Shown: piece by piece, positions 1-9,235 of the stretch | Numbering within the stretch: the stretch's first letter is position 1 | Layout: each line of letters begins with the position of its first letter | NCBI GenBank assembly: GCA_910579275.1 | Contig: CAJTTO010000003.1 | Location: 90,406 to 154,405 of the forward strand | Length of the DNA: 64,000 nucleotides | Reading direction: 5' to 3' | From: an uncultured Lachnospiraceae bacterium | GTDB lineage: Bacteria; Bacillota; Clostridia; Lachnospirales; Lachnospiraceae | Made by a program: the position numbers and the translations under genes | The notes under the pieces: generated by a model | Database searches by the model: none | Seen by the model: the letters and a program-made list of their open reading frames with translations, nothing else | What the model was told of the DNA's origin: nothing

Positions 1-1
1 C

Positions 2-1018
2 ATTTAAATCAAACAGGGCAAAACCCATCATCGGCCCCCCCGACACTACTTTTTCAGGTTCCGTCTTAAAGCCGCCTGCCTCTGCTATCAAGTCATTATA
101 ATTCATTCCAATGCGGACATAAAAATTCCTTGGATCATTTACCGCGTCACCCGTAACCGTGACAATCCTGTTCATCAGCGGCTTTCCCTCTGCAACCGCA
201 TGGTACACTGCCACAATGGTATCTACATTGTCAACAACACAGCCCACATCCGCCGGAAGCATGGAAGAATTAATTTCCCTGCCTGTCGACGCATAGATAA
301 GCTGTCTCTCTGCGCCCTGCGGATACTTTGTTTTCAGTGCCTTTACGGTTATCCTGCTTTCCTTCTCTGTAAGCCGCGTCAGAAGCTCTATGCAGTCCGC
401 CTTGTTATCCTCAACCGCCAGAATTCCCTGTGCATTGTCAAACAGACGAAGGATAATTTTCAGCCCGTCTATCAGCAGCTGCGGTTCCTCCAACATTCTC
501 CTATAGTCAGAAGTCAGGTAAGGCTCACACTCGGCACAGTTAGCTATCACATAGTCTATTTTGTCCGGCTCCTTCGGTGAAAGCTTCACATGCGTCGGAA
601 ATCCTGCACCGCCCATGCCGACCACGCCTGCCTCTTTTATCAGTTCCACAATCTCTTTCTTGTCGAGTTTTTGATAATCATGCGGTGTATATTCAACCTC
701 CTCAAAAAGTCCGTCATTGCCAATTATGATGGCGTTAACCATATCTCCCGTAACGACACGTCTGGGTTCTATCGTTTTGACCGCACCGGACACCGTCGCA
801 TAAATCGGGGCTGACACAAAACCGCCTGCTTCCGCAATCTTTTGTCCGGCAAGCACCCTGTCACCCTTGTTCACCACTGGTACCGCCGGGGCACCAATGT
901 GCTGGCTGAGGGGGTAAACCATTTCGCCCTTTGGCACAATCGTTTTCATGGGTTTATCCTTCGACAAGTCTTTGCCGTCATAAGGATGAACGCCGCCTCG
1001 AAATGTAAGTTTTGCCAT
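2..1018 (-). CDS. rnfC: Rnf/Rsx electron transport complex subunit C (5' part; runs off the window edge)
   Basis: Not in the ORF track. Manual translation from ATG at 1018 gives MAKLTFRGGVHPYDGKDLSK..., followed by IVGMGGAGFPTHVKL and NCAECEPYLTSD, typical RnfC motifs. AAGGAG SD upstream. Confidence 0.92.
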   Translation of the reverse strand, partial: MAKLTFRGGVHPYDGKDLSKDKPMKTIVPKGEMVYPLSQHIGAPAVPVVNKGDRVLAGQKIAEAGGFVSAPIYATVSGAVKTIEPRRVVTGDMVNAIIIGNDGLFEEVEYTPHDYQKLDKKEIVELIKEAGVVGMGGAGFPTHVKLSPKEPDKIDYVIANCAECEPYLTSDYRRMLEEPQLLIDGLKIILRLFDNAQGILAVEDNKADCIELLTRLTEKESRITVKALKTKYPQGAERQLIYASTGREINSSMLPADVGCVVDNVDTIVAVYHAVAEGKPLMNRIVTVTGDAVNDPRNFYVRIGMNYNDLIAEAGGFKTEPEKVVSGGPMMGFALFDLN

Positions 1019-1101
1019 TTCCGCTCCTTCTTTCTTTGTATATTTTTTGAAATTTTTCTACTATATATACTATACTATTTTTTTTGAATATTTTCATTAT
1101 T

Positions 1102-1119
1102 TTTTGCAAAATTTCACAA
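1102..1119. promoter_or_regulatory. Possible Rex (NADH-sensing repressor) operator upstream of rnfC
   Basis: TTTTGCAAAATTTCACAA matches 12 of 14 defined positions of TTGTGAAnnnnTTCACAA. The AT-rich context makes a chance match possible. Confidence 0.35.
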
Positions 1120-1188
1120 AAAAATGTTATTCCATCCATAATACGGCAATCTGCCGCAAAACAAGAATGCCTATTTTCCATGAACCTT

Positions 1189-1217
1189 TTGACACTCCGT
1201 TCCGTATATGATAAGTT
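1189..1217 (+). promoter_or_regulatory. Putative sigma-A promoter for the exonuclease gene
   Basis: TTGACA, 17-nt spacer, then TAAGTT preceded by TG (extended -10). Confidence 0.45.
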
Positions 1218-1315
1218 ATTATTGTCACGATAAAAACATTTTTAGGAAATGTTCCAGTGTATTAACAACTTGTATACCTATCAAATCAGTTAGAAAGGAC
1301 AAAAGATTTAAAACT

Positions 1316-2461
1316 ATGAAATGCATTCAAAAAAGTCTGGGAATTTTATCCCCCAGATACCCAATCGAAAATTTCTGTGTTCCAAGACAGACATTATTTA
1401 TTGATATAGAGACAACGGGATTGTATGTGCGAAGTTCCAATCTTTACATGATTGGCTGCGCATATTTAGATGAGCAGGAAAATGCCCCCACTGAATGGCG
1501 TTCCATTCAGTGGCTTGCGACCAATTATGAAGATGAAGTAAATGTACTGAATGCTTTTGCCTCCTTTGCAAAAGCATATCGATACCTGATTCATTTTAAC
1601 GGAAACCAGTTTGACATTCCCTATCTGCAGAGCAAGATGCAGCAGTACAATATTCGTCTGGACTTTGATTCCTATGAAGGAATTGATATTTATCGGCGCA
1701 TATCCCCCTACAAGGCATTCCTCAAGCTTCCAAACTGCAAGCAGAAAACAATTGAAAATTTTATCACCTCCACCGTGCGTGAAGACGCCTATTCCGGCGG
1801 TGAGCTGATTGACATTTACCATGAATATGTACTGAACCACGATGAATCCAAGGAACACCTGCTTCTCCTCCATAATGAGGAGGACGTAAAAGGCATGTTA
1901 GAAATTGTTGCCGCCCTGGCAGTATGCGACCTCTTTCACCTTCCGATGAAAGTTACAAAGGTTCAGGCAAATTATTTTAAAGATATCAACCAGCGCCAAT
2001 GCTCGGAAATAATCATGAGCCTGAAGCTTCCCACTGCCCTCCCCTCCGAAATTTCATACGGTGCAAATGACTGCTATTTCAGCGGATGCGGCACAGAAGG
2101 AAAACTGCGTGTTCCAATCTACGAGGGGGAGCTGAAATATTTTTACTCCAATTATAAAGATTATTATTATCTTCCAAAAGAGGACGCAGCCATCCACAAG
2201 TCAGTCGCGTCCTTTGTTGACAAGGACTACCGCAAACAAGCTGCGGCAAGAACCTGCTACACAAGAAAAGCGTCCTCCTACCTTCCCCAATGGGACACCC
2301 TGTTCACGCCCTTCTTTAAGAAGGACTATGATGACAAAGACCTGTACTTTGAGCTGACTGACGAATTTAAAACCCAGCGCGAATCATTTAATTTATACGC
2401 CCACCATATTCTTGAAATGATGGGCGCAAAGCACAAATATGACATAAGTTGCACAGAATAA
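1316..2461 (+). CDS. RNase H-like DEDDh 3'-5' exonuclease, YprB/MrfB-like
   Basis: Motifs FIDIETTG, HFNGNQFDIPYL and LLLHNEEDV. Start placed at ATG 1316. Confidence 0.8.
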   Translation: MKCIQKSLGILSPRYPIENFCVPRQTLFIDIETTGLYVRSSNLYMIGCAYLDEQENAPTEWRSIQWLATNYEDEVNVLNAFASFAKAYRYLIHFNGNQFDIPYLQSKMQQYNIRLDFDSYEGIDIYRRISPYKAFLKLPNCKQKTIENFITSTVREDAYSGGELIDIYHEYVLNHDESKEHLLLLHNEEDVKGMLEIVAALAVCDLFHLPMKVTKVQANYFKDINQRQCSEIIMSLKLPTALPSEISYGANDCYFSGCGTEGKLRVPIYEGELKYFYSNYKDYYYLPKEDAAIHKSVASFVDKDYRKQAAARTCYTRKASSYLPQWDTLFTPFFKKDYDDKDLYFELTDEFKTQRESFNLYAHHILEMMGAKHKYDISCTE

Positions 2462-2476
2462 AGTGCTATAGACGCA

Positions 2477-2513
2477 GTGGCTTAGTTTTTTCTCAAGAAA
2501 AAAACTAAGCCAC
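2477..2513. terminator. Hairpin between convergent genes, likely terminator
   Basis: GTGGCTTAGTTTTTTCT...AGAAAAAAACTAAGCCAC inverted repeat. Confidence 0.7.
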
Positions 2514-2525
2514 CCTTTATCCAAA

Positions 2526-3965
2526 TTATCGGTTCATCAGATAATTTCCCAGCGGAAAAGAAAGCAAATACACAAATATCGGAATCATTGCAACACCTAT
2601 ATTTAACAATAGCCGTGCTAAAGCATATTTTCTAACCACCACATCCTCACTCTGCTTACACATCTTTGGCCCAGACAAATAGATAACAGTAGATACACAT
2701 ACGATAAAAACTGCAAAAAATGATGATGAAAAGAAATCCAACCTTGTATATCCAATAAATACTTCTAACGGAATTAAATATTCCGGTTTCCCAAACAAAT
2801 ATTCGAGTGCCATTCCTTCTGCCCATGAAGTCTCGTATACCCAGTAATTTCCACCAAACTGATTTAGAATGAGTCCTGTCATACCTATACTTTCAAACAA
2901 TATCAACAAATGAAACTTACTTGAATTATATACCATAATCATCGCGAGAAAAGGTGAAAGATAGACAAACCAATACGGATTACTGTCAAATGAAACAAGC
3001 ACGACAAACATTACCACAAGCGGAATCATTATCGAATAATAATATTGTTCTTCTTGATTTTCTATCTGCTTCACATAGCAATATACACAAATTACACCAA
3101 ATAAAACAATCACAAGTGGGACAGCACAATTATACAATGGCAATTTATTTCCCAAAAAAGCCTCAAAGAAATGGTTTCTGATATCGTTTTTAACATCTGC
3201 CGCCATTGTGTTTTGTGGAAACCAAATCCCTGCAATAATTGTAAATGACAATGCAAGTATCGTCTTATACATAATTTTTATAATATTCTTTTCATAAAGC
3301 AGCAGCAAAGGTATAAAAATGAATAACGGAAAAAGTTTAAAAGAAACAGCTATTGAAAAATAAATAATAAATTTGATATATTCCTTATTTTGATAATAAT
3401 ATAACCCCAATAAAATAAACGGAAAAGCCAAGACATCTAGCTGCCCTACAAGTCCTATCTCCACAAAAACAACTGCTGAAGATAAAAACAAATAAGATGC
3501 CCACTTTGAATTAATTTGATTTATTTTAATATTCTTGCATATTACATAAATCAGATATGCTGTTATGCCAAGCGCTACAATATATATTGATTTTGCATAC
3601 AGCATGGTACCTATTGATGAAGTCTCTTCTATACCAGTTGCAATACAAAACAAGTACAGTGGCAGGCCCCATATTCCAAACACGATATAAACAGGAAAAT
3701 CATATATCAGTTCATACGCCCCACCTATTCCATTCGCTCTGTAAACGGCAAGCATTTCATTTCCGTATTCATAAAAATTCTTTAATCCTCCTCCTTTGAA
3801 TATGCTTCCCCAAAAGTTAACCTCATAATGTGTAAAAGCTTTCATATCTCCATACATCATAGAAACAAAAGGAATTAAAAATAAAATAAAAAGTATTAAA
3901 TATTCTCCCCATAAGGGTGCCTGCTTATCATTTACTTTATCATATATTTTCCTAAGTAGTCTCAT
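2526..3965 (-). CDS. Polytopic membrane protein, GT-C-fold glycosyltransferase-like (GT87/PIG-M-like)
   Basis: Many hydrophobic segments with GQLD, SFKLFP and NPYW motifs. GGAGG SD before ATG 3965. Visibly AT-rich DNA. Confidence 0.6.
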   Translation of the reverse strand: MRLLRKIYDKVNDKQAPLWGEYLILFILFLIPFVSMMYGDMKAFTHYEVNFWGSIFKGGGLKNFYEYGNEMLAVYRANGIGGAYELIYDFPVYIVFGIWGLPLYLFCIATGIEETSSIGTMLYAKSIYIVALGITAYLIYVICKNIKINQINSKWASYLFLSSAVVFVEIGLVGQLDVLAFPFILLGLYYYQNKEYIKFIIYFSIAVSFKLFPLFIFIPLLLLYEKNIIKIMYKTILALSFTIIAGIWFPQNTMAADVKNDIRNHFFEAFLGNKLPLYNCAVPLVIVLFGVICVYCYVKQIENQEEQYYYSIMIPLVVMFVVLVSFDSNPYWFVYLSPFLAMIMVYNSSKFHLLILFESIGMTGLILNQFGGNYWVYETSWAEGMALEYLFGKPEYLIPLEVFIGYTRLDFFSSSFFAVFIVCVSTVIYLSGPKMCKQSEDVVVRKYALARLLLNIGVAMIPIFVYLLSFPLGNYLMNR

Positions 3966-4044
3966 ATAATTCCTCCAGAAAATTTTATTATAGATATTCA
4001 TCCTGAAATCATTACTTTTTTAAATTGAAATATTATCAAAAATA

Positions 4045-4085
4045 AAATTAAAACCGGCTAATAATAAATAGTCCGGTTTTAATTT
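4045..4085 (-). terminator. Hairpin downstream of cheR
   Basis: AAATTAAAACCGG...CCGGTTTTAATTT, a 13-bp inverted repeat. Confidence 0.6.
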
Positions 4086-4088
4086 AAA

Positions 4089-4868
4089 TTACTTATTCTT
4101 AATATAAAAGAATGAATTTTTGCGATCGTAGTTTATTTCTTTATAGTTCATAATCTGCTCTGTGCTTCCGATGAACAATATGCCATTTGTCTTTAATGAA
4201 GTATTAAACTTGCGGAACACTTCATCTTTTGCTTCCTCTGTAAAATAGATAAGTACATTCCTGCACACAATCAAATCACATTTGTCAGGATATGTATCCT
4301 TTAACAGATTATGCTGTTTAAACTGTACCCTTGATTTTATTTCATTTGAGATCTGATAAGAAGGTCCGACCTTTGTAAAATATTTCTTTTTAAAGTCATC
4401 CGGCACGGCTGCAATACTCTTCTCGTTATACAAGCCGACTTTCGCCTTCTCAATCACTTGCTTATCAATATCCGTTGCGATAATGTTAATCTGGTTCAGC
4501 GGGATATGCCTTGACAATGCCATGACAAGCGAATATGGCTCGTCACCTGTAGAACATGCCGCACTCCATACTTTCAGACTTTTGCCGAACTTACCAATAA
4601 GCTCTGGTATAATTTCCTTATCCATCAGTTTCCACTGTTCAGGATTCCTGTAAAATTCAGAAACATTGATTGTAAGGTAATTCACGAAATCATCAAAAAC
4701 GGCTTTATCGTCACGGAGCTTTGCAACAAACTTATCATATCCTGTCACCTTATGTTTTGCTATCAGGGTATCAATTCGACGCTTCATCTGTTTTTCCTTA
4801 TATGCGTTCAAATCAATCTTTGTTAATGCAAAAACTTCTTTTTTGAAATATTCATAATCATATACCAT
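4089..4868 (-). CDS. cheR: Chemotaxis protein-glutamate O-methyltransferase
   Basis: TINVSEFYRN, WSAACSTGDEPYSL and DLIVCRNVLIYF motifs. Confidence 0.95.
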   Translation of the reverse strand: MVYDYEYFKKEVFALTKIDLNAYKEKQMKRRIDTLIAKHKVTGYDKFVAKLRDDKAVFDDFVNYLTINVSEFYRNPEQWKLMDKEIIPELIGKFGKSLKVWSAACSTGDEPYSLVMALSRHIPLNQINIIATDIDKQVIEKAKVGLYNEKSIAAVPDDFKKKYFTKVGPSYQISNEIKSRVQFKQHNLLKDTYPDKCDLIVCRNVLIYFTEEAKDEVFRKFNTSLKTNGILFIGSTEQIMNYKEINYDRKNSFFYIKNK

Positions 4869-5023
4869 GAGTATTCCCCTTTCTATAATTTATTTCCCTT
4901 TCACACTCCCAGAATGTTACAATTCATACCCATTATAAGTCAGAAGTCTTTTCGTTAATGAAATGGAAGTATAACCTAAGAACAAACACTCATATAATCG
5001 AGCAAATATTGTTTACCCAATTA

Positions 5024-5061
5024 TATGATATTAGGGCATCATATCATGCCCTAATATCATA
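5024..5061 (-). terminator. Hairpin downstream of rpsA
   Basis: TATGATATTAGGGCAT/ATGCCCTAATATCATA, a 16-bp perfect stem. Confidence 0.65.
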
Positions 5062-5079
5062 CTTTATATCACTTATATT

Positions 5080-6240
5080 TTATTCCGCATCCTCTGCTTC
5101 CTGCTTCGCAATTACAGCATCAATATCTACGGATACTACATCTGCATCATCTTCTGCCACTGTCTCGACAGGAGCTTCCTTTGTCTCAGGTACAAGTAAA
5201 GCTTTCACACTAAGACTAATCTTCTTTCCTTCCTCATTGAAATCAACAACTTTTGCTGTCACTTCCTGTCCTACCGACAATACATCTGACGGCTTCTCAA
5301 TGTGCTCCTTCGCAATCTGAGAAACATGAAGCAGCGCATCAATCCCCGGCTCAAGTTCCACAAATGCACCGAAATCTGTCATTCTTGCAACTCTGCCTGT
5401 CACTTCATTGCCCACTGCATATTTGGTAGATGCATTCTTCCAAGGATTGGAGTCATCAAACTTGAGTGACAACGCAACCTTGTTTCCGTCAATATCCTTT
5501 ATCAATACTTTCAGTGTCTCGCCTACCTTGAATACCTTCTTGGGATTCTCAACACGTCCCCAAGACATTTCCGAGATATGAAGCAGACCATCCACACCGC
5601 CAAGATCAATAAATGCTCCGAAGTCTGTGACATTCTTCACTGTACCTTCTACGATGTCGCCGGCACTGATTCTCTCAAACAATTCTTTCTGCATTTCTGC
5701 TTTCTTTGCAACGATAAGCTGCTTGCGGTCGCCGATATACCTTCTTCTCTTTGGATTGTACTCACTGATGACAAACTCAATCTCCTGTCCGGCATATTTG
5801 CTTAAATCTTTCTCGTATACGTCGGATACAAGACTTGCCGGAATAAAGATACGAACCTCATCCACTACAACACTTAAGCCGCCATCCAGTACCTGTGATA
5901 CTTTTGCCGTCAACACTTCTTTGCTGTTGAAAGCCTCCTCGATTCTCTTGTTGCCTCTGTCAGCAGCAAGCCTCTTATAGGTAAGGAGAACCTGTCCCTC
6001 ACCGTCATTTACTTTCAGAACCTTAACTTCCATCTTGTCCCCAGAATTGATAATTGTTGTAAGGTCGACATTTGGCTCATTGGTGTACTCGTTACGTGTA
6101 AGAATACCATCTGACTTGTAACCGATGTTAAGGATTGCTTCATCCGGCTTCACGTCGATGACTGTACCTTCAATTACCTCTCCTGTATGAATAGTTTTTA
6201 ATGATTCTTCTAACATTTGTTCAAAAGTTAATTCTGACAT
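5080..6240 (-). CDS. rpsA: 30S ribosomal protein S1 (four S1 domains)
   Basis: Repeated S1 motifs (VTDFGAFIDLGGVDGLLHISE, MTDFGAFVEL). GAGGAGG SD before ATG 6240. Confidence 0.95.
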   Translation of the reverse strand: MSELTFEQMLEESLKTIHTGEVIEGTVIDVKPDEAILNIGYKSDGILTRNEYTNEPNVDLTTIINSGDKMEVKVLKVNDGEGQVLLTYKRLAADRGNKRIEEAFNSKEVLTAKVSQVLDGGLSVVVDEVRIFIPASLVSDVYEKDLSKYAGQEIEFVISEYNPKRRRYIGDRKQLIVAKKAEMQKELFERISAGDIVEGTVKNVTDFGAFIDLGGVDGLLHISEMSWGRVENPKKVFKVGETLKVLIKDIDGNKVALSLKFDDSNPWKNASTKYAVGNEVTGRVARMTDFGAFVELEPGIDALLHVSQIAKEHIEKPSDVLSVGQEVTAKVVDFNEEGKKISLSVKALLVPETKEAPVETVAEDDADVVSVDIDAVIAKQEAEDAE

Positions 6241-7069
6241 AATTTTGAACCTCCTCAATTATTTTGTTTGGGGTAGAAGCCCCCGCTGTGATGCCCACCA
6301 GTTCTACAGAATTAGGTAATTCTAATTGCAGGTCTTCCAGTGTTTGTATATAGTAAGTATTCTCACATTCACTTTTGCATAATTCAAAAAGTTTCCGTGT
6401 GTTGGAACTGTGAGTACCACCTATCACAATCATCACGTCAGCCCTGGCTGCAAGTTCAAGCGCTTCCCGCTGACGTTCTTCTGTTGCGTTGCATATAGTA
6501 TTCGCAACAATTATATCATAACCTTTTTTTTGAAAAATTTCAACTAAATCTTTAAATTTCTTGTAGTTAAATGTCGTTTGTGACACAATACATAACTTTT
6601 CGCCTGTTTCTGCGCGGAAATGTGTAGCTTCTTCCGGTGATTCAATCACGACAGCCGGCGTTTTTGACCAGCCTTTGATTCCCTCAACTTCAGGGTGTCC
6701 GTCATTTCCGATAATAATTATCCGGCGCCCGTTCTCCGATTCCTTCGCGACAATTTTGTGAATCCTTTTTACAAACGGACAGGTCGCGTCAATACATTCC
6801 AGTCCTTTTTCCGCTATCCGCTCGCAGATTTTTTTTGGAACTCCATGGGAACGGATAATAACCTTTCCCTCGTCAAGCGTCTCCAACTCCTCCTCACTGT
6901 TCAGCACCTTTACCCCTTTGTCCTCCAAATCCTTCACGACTTCCTCGTTATGAATAATGGGGCCATAGGTATAAATCTTATCATTTTTTTCTGCCTGTTC
7001 ATAGACAGTGTCCACAGCACGCCGCACGCCAAAGCAGAAACCTGATGTTTTCGCCAATATTACTTCCAT
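6221..7069 (-). CDS. ispH: 4-hydroxy-3-methylbut-2-enyl diphosphate reductase
   Basis: GFCFGVRRA, DATCPFV, TICNAT and ITAGASTP motifs. Confidence 0.96.
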   Translation of the reverse strand: MEVILAKTSGFCFGVRRAVDTVYEQAEKNDKIYTYGPIIHNEEVVKDLEDKGVKVLNSEEELETLDEGKVIIRSHGVPKKICERIAEKGLECIDATCPFVKRIHKIVAKESENGRRIIIIGNDGHPEVEGIKGWSKTPAVVIESPEEATHFRAETGEKLCIVSQTTFNYKKFKDLVEIFQKKGYDIIVANTICNATEERQREALELAARADVMIVIGGTHSSNTRKLFELCKSECENTYYIQTLEDLQLELPNSVELVGITAGASTPNKIIEEVQNYVRINF

Positions 7070-7137
7070 AAAGTACCTCTTACAGCCGACACCCGCCGCT
7101 ATCAGATGTCAGCATCCGTTTTCCTTGTAAAAATATT

Positions 7138-7797
7138 TTACGACTTGCACATCCCAATGACAGCATCCGCGACCTGTTCTATCGACATATCCGATGAATC
7201 AATCAGCACTGCATCCTCTGCCTGCCTTAACGGTGAAAGCGCTCTGTGCATATCCTGATAATCGCGCTCTATAATATCCTTTTCAATAACATCAAGGTCA
7301 CACTCCTGACCCTTTGCCCGAAGTTCCTCATACCGCCTCACTGCTCTCACATGACTGTCAGCCGTCAGATATACCTTTACATCCGCGTCCGGAAGCACAC
7401 ATGTTCCAATGTCTCTCCCGTCCATCACGACACTTTCCTTCTTTGCAAGCTGCTGCTGCAGCTCCACAAGCTTTTTCCGCACATCCTTATTGGCACTGCT
7501 TGAGGATGCCATTTTTCCTACCGCTTCCGTGCGGATAAGCCCATTTACGTTTTTTCCGTTGAGCCATACAATCTGCTCACCATTCTCGTAAGTTATCGTC
7601 ACATCCGCACCGGGTGCCGCCGCACTAATCTTGTCCTGTTCGTCTGCCCCGATTCCAAGCTCTGTAAAATAAAGCGCCATAGCGCGGTACATCGCACCTG
7701 TATCAACATAAATATATCCTTTTTTCTTTGCGATTAATTTCGCAATTGTACTTTTCCCTGCCCCTGCAGGTCCATCAATTGCAATATTACAGCCCAT
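7138..7797 (-). CDS. cmk: Cytidylate kinase
   Basis: IAIDGPAGAGKST, DTGAMYR and MDGRDIGT motifs. Confidence 0.96.
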   Translation of the reverse strand: MGCNIAIDGPAGAGKSTIAKLIAKKKGYIYVDTGAMYRAMALYFTELGIGADEQDKISAAAPGADVTITYENGEQIVWLNGKNVNGLIRTEAVGKMASSSSANKDVRKKLVELQQQLAKKESVVMDGRDIGTCVLPDADVKVYLTADSHVRAVRRYEELRAKGQECDLDVIEKDIIERDYQDMHRALSPLRQAEDAVLIDSSDMSIEQVADAVIGMCKS

Positions 7798-7841
7798 TCT
7801 CCACTTCTCCTATCACCTTAGTTTTTACAAAATATACTTTT

Positions 7842-9233
7842 TCATTCATGGGAAACCGCAGCACTACGTCCCGCCAGATATCCTGTGGACCATGCTATCT
7901 GAAGATTAAATCCGCCCGTAAGCGCGTCCAGGTCAAGAACCTCACCTGCAAAATAAAGCCCCCTCACAAATTTTGACTCCATTGTCGAGGGCGAAATTTC
8001 ATTTGTCACGACTCCGCCTTTTGTGATGATTGCCTCGTCAAATCCCCTTAATCCTGTTATTGTAAGCTCCATCTGCTTTATTGTCCGGACAAAGCGTGCG
8101 CGTTCCTCCTTGGTAATTTCATTTACTTTTTTCTCTGGGTCAATCTCCGACAGCATTGGCATTATCGGAACTAATTTTGCCGGAAACAAACTCCCTATTA
8201 CATTTTTAAACTGTTTATTCTTATTGTCGTCAAACTCTCTTAATACCCGCTTGTCCAGCTGTTCAAAGGTGAGCGCCGGCTTCAAATCAATCGTAAGCCT
8301 TGCCTCTTTGCTCCTGTTTTCTCCGCTACACACCTTATGTGCATAGTGGCTGCTTGCACTGAGTATAAGCGGTCCGCTGACTCCATAATGTGTAAACAGC
8401 ATCTCTCCAAAATCCGAATAAATTTGTTTTCCGTCTGCCTCGACACTTGCCTGAACATTTCGCAGTGATAATCCCTGTAGTTCATGACACCAGTTCTCCC
8501 TCACAGAGAACGGAACAAGCGAAGGCATTGTCGGAACAATGCTGTGGCCACACGTTTCCGCGAAACGATACCCGTCTCCGGTAGATCCTGTAAGAACATA
8601 AGAACATCCTCCGGTAGCCACAATCACCCTGTCAGCCTTTACCTCTGTCCGTTTTCCAGCCTTGTTCAACAGTTCTACACTGTCGATCTGCATTGTACAT
8701 GCGTTCTTTTTTCCGCCCTTTTTCTTTTGGGAATGTTTCTCACCCTGCTGCTCGTCAGCTTTGTCATTTGCGCCATCCCCAGAACCTTCAGAATGATTCT
8801 CAAGCTGCTTTGTCCGTATTTTTTTCACTTCCGTGTTCAAGTATATCTGCACCTTAAGCCTTCGAAGTTCCTGTTCAAGTACCTTTATAATGTCTGAGCT
8901 GTGGTCAGACACGGGAAACACCCTTTGTCCTCTCTCGACTTTCAAAGGACAGCCTGCATCCTGAAAAAAACGCATGACAGCCTGATTGTCAAACCCATAC
9001 ACTGCACTGTAGAGAAACTTGGAATGCTCCATGACATTCCCAAAAAGCTCCTGAACTTCGCAGGCATTCGTCACATTGCATCTTCCCTTTCCTGTAATAA
9101 ATACCTTTTTGCCGAGTTTCTCGTTCTTCTCTATCAATGTAACCTGATTTCTTTCTCCTGCATCTGCGCCTGCCGCGGCAATTGCCGCCATCATTCCGGC
9201 AGCCCCTCCGCCTATTACAATAATATCTGACAT
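7842..9233 (-). CDS. HI0933/YhiN-family flavoprotein
   Basis: GGGAAG, GKKVFITGKGRCNVTN, TGSTGDGY and TGGFNLQIAWSTG motifs. Confidence 0.9.
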   Translation of the reverse strand: MSDIIVIGGGAAGMMAAIAAAGADAGERNQVTLIEKNEKLGKKVFITGKGRCNVTNACEVQELFGNVMEHSKFLYSAVYGFDNQAVMRFFQDAGCPLKVERGQRVFPVSDHSSDIIKVLEQELRRLKVQIYLNTEVKKIRTKQLENHSEGSGDGANDKADEQQGEKHSQKKKGGKKNACTMQIDSVELLNKAGKRTEVKADRVIVATGGCSYVLTGSTGDGYRFAETCGHSIVPTMPSLVPFSVRENWCHELQGLSLRNVQASVEADGKQIYSDFGEMLFTHYGVSGPLILSASSHYAHKVCSGENRSKEARLTIDLKPALTFEQLDKRVLREFDDNKNKQFKNVIGSLFPAKLVPIMPMLSEIDPEKKVNEITKEERARFVRTIKQMELTITGLRGFDEAIITKGGVVTNEISPSTMESKFVRGLYFAGEVLDLDALTGGFNLQIAWSTGYLAGRSAAVSHE

Positions 9234-9235
9234 AT

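Noticed and set aside
200..1181. Short ORFs listed in the track at the window start
   Set aside because: The region is explained by rnfC on the minus strand and its promoter.
4869..5023. Sigma-D promoter upstream of cheR
   Set aside because: The TAAA and CGAT-like boxes have the wrong spacing.
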